Positions 1-11,027 of a stretch of 64,000 bases of DNA are shown here, piece after piece (position 1 is the stretch's first letter; each line of letters begins with the position of its first letter). The notes under the pieces are model-generated. The model saw only the letters and a list, made by a program, of their open reading frames with translations, did no database searches and had not been told where the DNA came from. The stretch covers positions 20,832,001 to 20,896,000 of the forward strand of contig NC_087454.1 in NCBI RefSeq assembly GCF_036321535.1, written 5' to 3'. Origin of the DNA: Camelus dromedarius. Its lineage: Eukaryota. Position numbers and translations under genes: made by a program.

Positions 1-981
1 AGATCATGTAATCCAGTCTCTTTATCTTAGAGTTAAGGACACTGAGGCCAAGAAAGAGAAAATAACCGATTGCTCATCTGTAATTGGTAGAGTTGGAACT
101 AAAACCCAAAGGCCTTCCTTTACACTTTGCTCACTCCTTTAGAAATATAGGAACTTTTATCAGCATCTTATAAAGAAAATGCTTAATAGAAACTGCTTAA
201 TCAACTTTAATCCTTGGGAGGAGTTCCTCTGACCTCCTCTTATCAAAGCACTTAACAGGCTGTGTGTAGTTGCCTGGCTCCTAGCTTACTTCCTTCAATG
301 GACTTTAAGTTCCATAGGGTCAGAGATAATAGCTTATACCAACATCTAGCACAATGTCTAACATATAAAAATTGCACACGTATACAGTCAAGGAATGACC
401 TAGTATGTTTCTGAGGTCTAATTCTATATTACACACGCATGCACACCCAGAGTTAGAAAGTCACACAATACATAGACACAGATTTTAGAAGGTATAAAAA
501 ATAAGCAATTCCTCCTACCACCAGATAAACACATTTTTGCAAATGATATTAAAATATCTTGAAAGATTGTTTTTCACCTTTTTCAGACATAAACCTTTGT
601 CCCTGTGTATTGAATTTTACTTTCTTTATTTCAAATAGGTAAAATGAGTAAACTTATAATTAAAATATTTTTCCAAGTATTAAATATAAATACATTTTCT
701 GTTTTTTAAACTTTATTTGTAGAATAGAAATGCTGCCATAATATAGAGTATTCTTTAGTCTTCCCAAATCTTATCAAAATCACTCTGTGTTCTGTGTCTT
801 CCTTCTCCATAGTGGCTGGGCTAACAATTCATGTTGAGTCCTACCTTAGCTGCGTTGTAGAATTTACCTGTCAGCAGTTACTTCTCCTTTATCATTAGCT
901 CTGGAAAACAACTGATTATTTGAGCCTCCAAATACAAAATACTACAGAGTGATATCAAATAAATTGTCACAACTTTCACAA

Positions 982-1015
982 GTGTGTGTGCGTGTGTGTG
1001 TGTGTGTTTGTGTGT
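982..1015. repeat. (TG)n microsatellite
   Basis: Interrupted TG run. Confidence 0.9.
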
Positions 1016-1087
1016 ATTTATGATTCTGCTTATGACACTCAGAATACCAGGGGCACTTGTAGAGATCAGGGCCAGATGGTTACGTAC

Positions 1088-4000
1088 CAGGATATAGCAA
1101 GGCCTTTTTCCAATCTAAAACAGAACAAATACAGGTAAAATAAGATGAGACATTAATCTGGAGTCTCATATTTCTCTTCCTTTCCCTTGTCTCTCTTCTG
1201 CTAATCATCATTAAATCTCTTAGTCTTTCTTTTCCTCAAAGGATAGGGAGCTGAGAAATTGTTGGGCATCAGGACATCAGTTAGCATGAGCATCCCTTAC
1301 CTTCTCGGTATAATGCCTTTCGCCTTTCTGAAAGAAACAATGTTCATTGAGAGATCCAGAACAGGTGTGAAAAGCAGAACAAATTCTTGTGTAGACATGA
1401 GAAGAAACAAGACTCACCAAGCTCTGCCTTGAGGTTTTCTGAAAGAGGAAGAGAAATAAAATCCATCAAATTGGGTTTTAGCTGCTCTTGAGTTTGCTAA
1501 GTAGCTGAATTAATTCTATCTGGCCATCTCTTATGGGTCCTATTGTTCAGTGGATGAGAAAGATCAGTAAACATGTATGTCAAATGCAAAACACCAAGTG
1601 CTAAGAAAAGTTACATGGAAAGTTTCGTGGGGCCACACAGGAAGGAATGCCCAGGCTTCATGGGAATTTAAGATTCCTTAGGTGTTTCTGAAGCTTATTC
1701 TTGAAGCACAAAGGGGAAGAGAAGATAAGGGAAGACATTTCCACAAAGAGAAACAGCAGCTGAGGCTGGGGCACAGAGGCATGAATAGGTATGGGGCAGA
1801 CTAGGGGCTTCATGACCCCTGCCACAGCTCTCCTAATTCCCCACATGGTTTTCTCCTTTCTGCAAGACTTCCAGCTCTGTGGAATTCTTGGTACCCTGTG
1901 TTCTGCTTGGGGTTCTTTGGCAAATCTTTTATTTCCCCAACCACCCAGCGCAGCCTGTATCTGCAACTTTTCCATAAACCTCTGATTTGACCTGCTGCCC
2001 TGATTTACCTTTGACTTCAAGCACCTGTTCCTTTTCTCTCCTCATCTCATCCTTTTCATGAGATTCTTTCTTCCTTTCCGTTACTTCTCTTTCTTTGGCT
2101 TTATGTTCTCTCCAGCCAGCGTAGCTGATCCCAATGAGGAGAAGCCCCAGCACAGGGAGGGTCCCAGCCAGAGCTGCCTTCCATGGAGACATCCTGGGGA
2201 AGAAGGCCTCTGACGGAGGCATGTGGAGACACGGTGAGAGACTGCCCCCTCTCCAAGGGCCTGTCGGCCCTCCGTGCCCTTCACACAGCCCAGCTCTGCC
2301 TTGGGGTTTGTGCCTTACTGACCTGGGAGGAAGACGGCCGACACTCTCTCCTGGCCGGAGAGGGTGTTCTGGACGGAGCAGGTCACGTTGCCTGCAGAGC
2401 TATCTGTGACCACAAGAGATGCCTCCACATGGAAGAGCCCATCTCCATCTTGGGTCTGAGACTCAGAGAGGGATGGCAGCTTCATTCCCGCCGTGCCGCT
2501 CCACTACACCCTGGGTTTGGGGAACCAGCCACCCGAGGAGCACAGAACTCGGATCCCGCCATCCTCGGGCCCCCTCATCTGAACGTGAGGGGCAGATCCC
2601 ACGCCTGAGGAGAGAAGGCATGTGCCTGAGGCCTGAGGTCCTTGAGGGCTCAGGGAGTCCCTGGGGCGGAAGGCCTAACTGCCCCTCACCAGGCTGATGA
2701 GTAAACTGAAACTCAGAGTTCAAGAAACTGCTCACAGCCAGTGCTAGGCTTAATTGTGATTCAGTTTTTAAATCAACTTAATGTCTTTGCACTTGGACTG
2801 ATAGCTCTGGGGTCATTCCAAGAAGAGAAAAGAACAGGGACAATTACAGTCAGAAAAAAGGAGTTTAATTCTATTAAGTTGTCTTTCTCTGCTGATTGAG
2901 AAAAAGAATATTTGAAGGTGTCAGTACCTATCTGAATTCATATAGTTAACTAATTTCTGAGATCTTTTTGGATATCAAAATATCCTCAGAAATATTTCCT
3001 TCTTAGTTTAAAAGCAAAGAGTGTATAGTCTTATCCTCACCATACAGTTTACAAAATTGACATTCTACAAGGTAAAGTTGTGTATCAACACGTGGACACT
3101 CACAAGAAATGCCGGGTTAAGAGTGCTCTCACCTTCCCTTTTGCTTTACACCGTGACATACACTGTGTGCTAAGTTAACATACCTACAACACGCAGCTCC
3201 ACAGTGGCTTCTTGGGAGATGCGACCATCGTTAAAATGACACCAATACTGGCCATCATCAGAGGCACGGATGTTTTGGATCAGCAGGGCCACAGCCCCTT
3301 TGCCGATGGAGTCCCCCACCAACTCTGTCCTGCCACGGTACTCCAGCATTTGCTCCCCGTCTTGTTCCTGTCCATTCTGGTACACAAGCACAGCGGGGGA
3401 GAGCTGGACTCGGTACCACCGGATCTGCATGTGGGCGGCATTCTGCTCAGGGGACAGCTGGCAGGGCAGGGTGGCATCTGCCCCTAGCAGCACCATGATG
3501 GGCTGAGCTGGTCCCTTTACAGAAAACCCGGACACTGCATGAAAATCAGAGACAGATGGGGGAATGAGTGAGGGAGATTAGATGATACACCCACCTCCAT
3601 TTCTTTATTTAGAGACTCAAACAGTTCTTTTTTAAATTATTCCCTTTTTTTAATCCTTTTTTTTTTAATTGAAGTACAGTCAATTACAATGTGTCAATTT
3701 CTGGTGTGCAGCACAGTGTCCCAGTCTTACATATACATACATACATTTGTTTTCATATTCTAGTTCTTTCTTATTTGTATTATTTTCCAAAAAACAGTTA
3801 TATATTATATTTTGTAACCTAACTTCCTCAGCTGTATTCCCCAGAAGTAGCAACTGTTGATATTTTGGCATTTGAGAAGACATGTGTTTTCTATACATTT
3901 ACAAACAGTATTTATATGTAAATTCTGTAAATCCTATGTAAAAGAGATTTATTGAGAATCAAATGTGGCAGTGTGACATTAAGCCAGTTTCCCTTTTTTG

Positions 4001-5842
4001 GTGGGAGGAGAATGGAAGGTACTTCTCTCCTCACTCATCCCTTTGTCTCCTACTGCTCTGTTCCTAGGAGGGTAAGTAGACATTTCTGACCTTGAGATTT
4101 AGGTTACTGTGCGTTGGGGGTTAGGCAGGATTAATGGCGTTTTATCCCAAAATGAAAAGTAGTATTTATAAAGTGAGGTAGGCCTTTTTAAAAAAATAAC
4201 TATGAAGGCTTGAAATCATAGAGAATTTTTTTTCATAAAAATTATTTTCTTGAGAGGAGTGTAGGACTTGGAGATCAGTGGCTCCAGGTGGTGAGGCAGG
4301 TCAGGCCTTGGCTGGGTTCCCCAGGGAAAGGAAGGAGGATGCTGGAGACCAAAATGAGACTTTGTCTGAATTATAAAATATGCTCCTTTCTCAAGTAACT
4401 TACAATCATCTGCTTGAAAATGACTTTAGTATAGAAATCCATGATGTTTAAAAGGAAATGGTAACCCCTGGGCAGGACTTGCCTTGGCTTGCACTAGCAG
4501 AGGGCCAGGATATTGTGGATCTGTGAAAGGTCAGGGATTTTAGGCCTGCAAATGCAGTGACTCTGAGCTGGGAAGAGTTCAGAGAGGTGTGGCTGTGTGA
4601 GTGCCCACATGTACTGAGCACACATGGCAAGAGCACATGAGCTTAGAGGAAGGTGCCTGTGGCCAGTCTGTCCCAGAGAGCGTGGATCAGGCCATCCTGG
4701 GCAAAGAACGTGACATCAGCCATTCTGCTGGACTGAAGCCAAGGTCCCCCTTCTTTTCCATTCCTGTATAAAACCCAGGGTATTGGTATAACTAACAGAT
4801 ATACGTCCTTAGCTAAGTGATACTGAGCTATTGGCCATTCATGTTAAATGAGCCCTTTAATTTGAGAAAAGATATTTGACATTACTTAGAGGTACATGCA
4901 GTGGAAAAACTTCATTCTGTTTCACATAAATGGGATCATTATACACCAATTTCTTCAATAAGGAACTTCCAACTATTTTAGTACATGTAGCCAGCTCTAC
5001 TGATTGTTTTGGGTACTGCCTACGCCATCGTGTTTGAGCTTTTCCTATACTGGTGAATATTGCTTCCAATTTAGTGTTACTACAAACAGCCCTGCAATAA
5101 ACATTTTAAACATACATGTATATAAACACAGACAGCTTTTCTTTAGGGTAAATTATTATAGAATTGCTGAGTCAACATATATGAAAATTAAATATTTTGA
5201 TACTTACTGCCTAATTTACTTCAAATTTAAGAGACAATAACAGAAAAGTGTCATTATTGTGAACTCGTAGTTGGTTTCTCTTCAAACCTGGAGTCTGAAC
5301 ACTTTATCTTGAGGAGCCCTTTTATTTTATGAAGGAAGGACTTGTGTTCCAGGAATAATAAATCATTTGTCCAAGATTGTAACCAGATAGTGCTCAGTGA
5401 TCCTGAGTCCAAATTCTTTGCACTGAAACTTGGGTTTTTTTGGCAGTGTAAACATTACAAAGTATATTTTAATGAACAGTTACATCAGATTTCAACAGGC
5501 TGAAATCACTTATATTCAATAAAGATTTAGATAAATATTACAGCTGACTTGTGTGAAGTCAGATCAAAGGAGTAAGGGATGTTGATATGAAGGAGATTAC
5601 TCCCACCCTTGAAGCCTCTTGTTGGCCGCAGACGCAGCCACAGTTTCCCCAGATATAACTGCCTTTGAGAGGGTGCAGAATTGTGACTGATGGACTCATT
5701 ACATGAGAAGAGCCACTGCAAACAAACCAATAAATGAAATGCATGAGGGAGACCACTGACCTGCGGAGCACCACGTGGACATCTGGAGAAGGAGGAGAGT
5801 GGGGAGAAAGCCAGCAGAGAAGAAACAGGGAACACCCATCAT
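1088..5842 (-). pseudogene. BTNL1: Butyrophilin-like 1 (BTNL1-like) gene with a premature stop in the IgC exon; 3' end (B30.2 exon) outside the window
   Basis: GT-AG exons in phase 1: signal 5842-5761 (MMGVPCFFSAGFLPTLLLLQMSTWCSA), IgV 3534-3184 (VSGFSVKGPAQPIMVLLGADATLPCQLSPEQ...), IgC 2604-2323 (282 bp, TAG at 2506-2504 in WFPKPRV*W), TM 2209-2009 (EAFFPRMSPWKAAL...), and short exons 1438-1418 (ENLKAEL), 1327-1301 (ERRKALYRE), 1114-1088 (DWKKALLYP). These motifs closely match mouse Btnl1 as recalled (FSVKGPAEP, PEQSAARMHIRWYRAQ, RRKALYKEDWKKALLYP). Confidence 0.82.
3655..3770 (-). mobile_element. L1 3' end fragment in a BTNL1-like intron
   Basis: The reverse complement reads ...GACTGGGACACTGTGCTGCACACCAGAAATTGACACATTGTAATTGACTGTACTTCAATT(A)n, typical of a laurasiatherian L1 3' terminus. 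Confidence 0.7.
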
Positions 5843-6779
5843 CTTCTTCAGAGCAGAAAGTGGAGCACACTGGAGGCACCAAATGTTCATTCTGACAATG
5901 AGGTACTCTGTAGGAGAAGGTGGCGAGAAGCCAGGCAAGTGAAAATTCTAAGGGAAGAAAATACTCCCCTGTTCAAAGGCATACTTTTAGATACAGTTTT
6001 TGGTATGTTTTCCCTCACAGACCTTAAGACAAATACCACCAACTCCCACCTTTCCCAATGGGTTTTTTTTTTCTTTCCTCTCTTTTTTTCTGAAAACTAA
6101 CCGTTTCCCCAGCAGGTGTAGAAAATTGTAAAACGTTCTCTGGTGTCCCGTGGGCTCTCTTGCTTCTGTATGGATTCACCTTCTCAGCAGGGCTCTCTTG
6201 AAATTGAAGCCCCTGAGTTCAATGTTGAGAAATGAAGTCAGACACAAAATGTGTCCACTCCTCTCAGTCAAACTATTTTCCTCATTCATTCATTCATTTA
6301 TTCATTCATTCCTACATACATTTATTTATTTATTTTGACCGCAAATACTCTTGTGGCTTAACTCCTTAAAGGGAAGGGAGTTTTCTCACCACATGACCCA
6401 GAACCCAAGCCCTTCTTTTTTCAGGACCCACATGTCCCACAAACACACCTGCACATCACCACACATTTCTCTCTCACCATCCAGATGAGCCAGGGGGTTT
6501 CTCAGAAGCTCCTGGGCAGCTCAGTGCATCTACAAAGCCTGGCTCCAGAGACAGTTTGCACCTGGTTGTACTTGTGGTCAGCGTCCAAGAGTGTGTGTAG
6601 CTGCAGGGGCTGGATACAGCAGGATTCTAATCCGACTCTGGATTGGGAAAATATTCTTAGGAAGGGGAACAAACAAGGCTGCCAAGAGGCACTTGCACTT
6701 GAATGCTTCTCGTAGAATTGGCTAAAGGAGAAGATCACAACCTGCCTCCAGCAAAGTTCTAGTTACTTCGAAAGCGGAA

Positions 6780-6811
6780 GTAATAAAGGTCATCCCAGCG
6801 GACTTTGGACT
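6780..6811. promoter_or_regulatory. Candidate CDX + HNF4 intestinal cis-module upstream of BTNL1-like
   Basis: GTAATAAA (CDX-type) at 6780-6787 next to CGGACTTTGGACT (reverse complement AGTCCAAAGTCCG, an HNF4 DR1-type motif) at 6799-6811. A further DR1-like GGGGCAAAGTCAG lies at 7057-7069. Confidence 0.45.
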
Positions 6812-7379
6812 GGGCTGAGCTACAGAATGACAGGAACTCAAAAGTTTTTTGGTCGAAAATGCTCAGTGTAGGTCCTTCCTGCCACCTGCAAAGGGCTGAA
6901 ATCACGTGATTCAGGGAGAAGGAATCCTCTTCCTGTATATTCGGGTTGGTTGGTCATCCAAAAGTTCAACTCGAATTTGGAGAATGAGCCCAAGAGAAGC
7001 GTGCTTCCTCCTACCACACCGCAGCTGGCATCGGAAGCCGCGTGCAGAGCTGCACAGGGGCAAAGTCAGAGGTCGCAAATGGAAGGTTCTGTGCTCCGGG
7101 AAATTTACAGCTGTATTTCGAAAACCTTAGTGTTCCCAAAAGTAGAATAGATATAACAACACAGTTATCAGTGCCAGATACAGAATGGCCAAAAGGCATT
7201 TTCTTTCCCTTTCACACTCTTTCCAAATTTAATTAGTGTTTCTTCATATCACACAAAGTTTACAGATAATCAGGGACACAGACAGCAATTGCATAAATAT
7301 TCTTATGAAAGCCCCTAACTGTCTGGCCAAACAAATACCAAGATCCTAAATAAATATTCTTTAGAAACAGTGGGGATCC

Positions 7380-7830
7380 ATTTGCTTTTCTTAAGAAATA
7401 AAATGTATTGAGATATAATTCACATACAATGGAGTGCATGGTTTTAAAACATGCATTTCTATGAGTTTTCACAAATGCTTGCACTCATGTCACCACCACC
7501 TTGATCAAAATATGCATGATTTTGGTCTCTTGAAAATTTCCCTCATGCCCATCATCAGTCAGTCCGTTCCGGGAAAAACAAACAGTATTTGATATAAATC
7601 ATCATAGCTTAGTCCTGTCTATTCTAAAACTTCAAAAACAACAAAATGGAGTCATAGAGTATGTGTGCTTTTGTGTTTGGCTTCTTTGGCTAAAAACGAA
7701 AATGGTTTTTTTGAGATTCAACCACGTTATGTGTATCAATACATTTTAAATTTTTTATTGCTGAATAATATCGCATTGTTTGAATATAGGACAATGTATT
7801 CTGCAGTTATCTTTGGGGCTGCCTCCCCAT
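7380..7830 (-). mobile_element. Old L1M fragment between the two divergent BTNL genes
   Basis: T-rich antisense L1 3'UTR motifs (TATTGAGATATAATTCACATAC, GTCACCACCACCTTGATCAA, ATGGAGTCATAGAGTATGTG). Confidence 0.6.
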
Positions 7831-9879
7831 CCCATGCAGGCCCTTCTCCTTCTATTCAAGTTCTTTCACACCATGCTGGGCAGCCCTCCACCTCCTCCCT
7901 AAGGCCCTCCTGTCTCATTTGGAGTCTGATACCCACCTAATGGTTTAGGTCTAAATACTGAGGAATGGGAAGGGAAAACTGAAGGAGAAAGGGATGGGCT
8001 GAAGACACTACTTGCCTCTTCTGTTTACTTGGAAGTGTATGGTATCTGTTTGCATGTGTATTCTATCTCAAAATGGAAATACATTAATATACATTTCCAA
8101 CAAAGCTTGAAAAATTAAGAAAAAAACAAGCTTGAAAAATTTATATACATATCTTAGATATTTTCCCCAATTACAGAGAATTGTTTGAGTAAAGCCATTA
8201 ATCTGTAGAAAACATTTTGAGGGAATTATACTGAATGCATACCAGTGTTTGTGTATTTAAGAGAGAAAGGTAAAGGGGGCGGGGAGGAGAGAGAGAGAGA
8301 GAACTACAAGGTATTACTGATTTCAAAGAGCAGTTTTTAAAACAGTGTGAACAAAATGACCTTATTTGTATAAGAAAGATCAAAGGATAGACATCAAAAT
8401 CACAGGAAAATAATGATAGGGTATATATTTCTTACTGGCACAAATGTGGGTGTTTCTATTATTTTTGCTTCTCTCTAATTTTTAGATTTCTCTAACATAA
8501 AAACGTAAAGAATATCGTGTGTATATAAAGATTTGTAATCCAAATATAAAGTATATTAGGAAGGATTCACTCATAGGAGATGCAGGATTGGAAAAACAAT
8601 CAGCATTCTTGGGAATGAAAAATTGGCTTAAAGTAGAAAACAAATAGAAGTGTCACATATCAGAGTAGACAATGCTGAAGATCAAAACTTTGGGCTAGAA
8701 AAAAATAGAGTTATTATATTCTCTCAGAATATGGTACATTAAATCAAAGAGATAAAATTGAGGAAATATAAGTTAAGCATACTAGATCCAACACTTCAAC
8801 ATCCACCTAGTATGTTTTCCAAAATGGAAAGGAGATTAGGGACAAGAATCAGAAAAAAGGGCACTTCATAAAAAGTTGGACTATTGCAGAAAAAAATGAG
8901 TCATTTATACACGAATTCTTGTAAAGCACAGTGGAGGAAGGGGTTAGATAAGCTTCACACTGGGTCATTCTGTTAATCCTAAGTGGATTTCTACTAATCA
9001 AAAATTAAGAGAAATTATTGGATCTCACCAAGTCATTAAGCAAAAGATTTGACGTAGCATAGTTGTTACATTATTTAAAACCCCTGTAACTTCATTTACA
9101 TGTTCTGGAATGGTTCTGTTCATTTCTGATTAATTGTGATTGAAAAAATTTTTGAGTTCCCAACTGATTTTTGCATTTTTAAGTTCTGCTATGTTTTTAG
9201 CACCATGCAATCCTTGAAAGTCAAATGTTCTTAATGAATGCCCCTATCTTCAGGGGAAACCTTGTTTCTTTTAATGATTTCTCTCTGAATGTTATTTTTA
9301 TTTTAATTTTAATATTGTCATATGTAAAGTTTTGTTAGAATGTGTCTGGTTTATATCTGTTTATTGCTTCTTTTACTATGTCTCTTACAAACCATACATA
9401 GATGTTCAATCTTAGGTGCAGAATTTCAAAAATATAAATTAGAGCTTTCTTAATTCTTTCAGGCTTTAACTTGGAGTGTCTTTCTGTCATTCTAAGCAAG
9501 AAAAACAAATATTCTAGAACTCAAAGGATCTGAAGGATCTTCAAAACAAAAATGAATTCTGTAGACCCAGGGCAGCAAAATCATCCTCGCCTCTCATTGT
9601 TTACAGTATGGAAGGAGGATGAAAGTTTTTGGAGAACCATTTGGGGACTTTCATACTATTTTTCTGCCATCCTGGTTGCGATGGATGTAACCCAGATATC
9701 AGTGGGGGAAATTTCTACGTCTGAGAGAAGGTATGAATGGGCCCCTGTCTTTTCAATTCCCTGTCTAATGGAATAAGGGGCCTAACTGGTAGATGAAAAT
9801 TTATTATCAGAATGGCAGATATATCGAGGTGAACTGAACAAAACATCAAAATAAAAATTGCCAACACTTATAAAGAATG

Positions 9880-10080
9880 TAAAAATTACTGACGCTCTTC
9901 TAAGTGCTTCACATATATTAATTTATGTAATCCTCACGAAAACTTAGGATATGTACTACTATTGAACCCATTGTCAGATGAGGAAACTGAGGCACAGAAA
10001 GTTTATGTAACTTGCTCAAAACTTTGAACTTATAAGTAATCTTACCGGGATTTTTAACTCAGGCCATCGAGTTCTAATAT
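9880..10080 (+). mobile_element. MIR SINE remnant
   Basis: Core motif CCCATTGTCAGATGAGGAAACTGAGGCACAGAAAGTTTATGTAACTTGCTCAA. Confidence 0.75.
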
Positions 10081-11027
10081 TTATGCTATTAACCTGGAAA
10101 ATATACTTCAGAGAGAAAGAAATCGCTTGTTTTTGATCCTCTCCTTGTAAGTATGTAATTATTAGATGGGTTTATTATCCATGCCTGGTCAAAGTTCTCT
10201 TTCCTTATCTTATTTTACTTTCAATTTTGAACATGTCTGCCTAGCAGACCAGAAGCACACTGCTGAGTGGTTCCTGAGTAGGGGCCATCTTTCTTCCCTT
10301 CAGAAAGAGTTTTCTGAAACACTAAATAACCACCTAAGGCTTCCTGGGGGCTCCAAGGTTTCCAACATCTGATATTCCCTCGGCATCTTGGAGACCCGCA
10401 GGCAGCTGCGAGAGGGTAACCTGGAGGAACGGCAGAGAGTGCGTCTTCCTGGTGCCTGTGGCAGTGAGGGGGAGAAGTTCCAGGATGCCCTCGTCTCTGT
10501 AAGAAGAACTCAAAAGATGTGAGTGGGGCAAGAGGGTGAGTGAGGGAATCTGGGCAAGGACCCTGGGTGTTAACAGGACAAGCTGAGTTACATCTGCTCC
10601 TTCATCATATAGGAAAGTGAGGGAGAAAGTCTGCTGGGGCCAGAGTAACATTTGTGCTAAAGCCATCTCTCTCAGTGGCTGCTTGTTCGCTGCCTTTCCT
10701 CTGTGTTCACATCCATTGGATAAAATGTTCTTCTTGAGAGAAGAATTTAGAAATCTTGTGGTCAGCTTTATCACTGCAGAACATGGCTGTTGAGATGAAG
10801 ACTGTTTTCTTGGAAAAGGGAAACAAAAGGTCTTCTTTGTGAAAGTCAGTCTTCCCTGATGTTCCCTGAGAAGCTACAGTTGTTTGAGAGCTTCAGGAGG
10901 TCATTTCTTAGAAACACTGTGAACCACCTTAGCTGCAATCTTTTCAACCTTTTTGTTTGTTTGTTGTTTGACTCTAGCTATTTTCAGGACCTCGCTCTGT
11001 GTCATACTGCTCTCTGCTCTGGGAAAG

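Noticed and set aside
868-900. 33-nt AG/GT-bounded minus-strand segment as the next BTNL1-like exon
   Set aside because: It has an in-frame stop in phase 1 and no similarity to the expected DWRK or B30.2 sequence.
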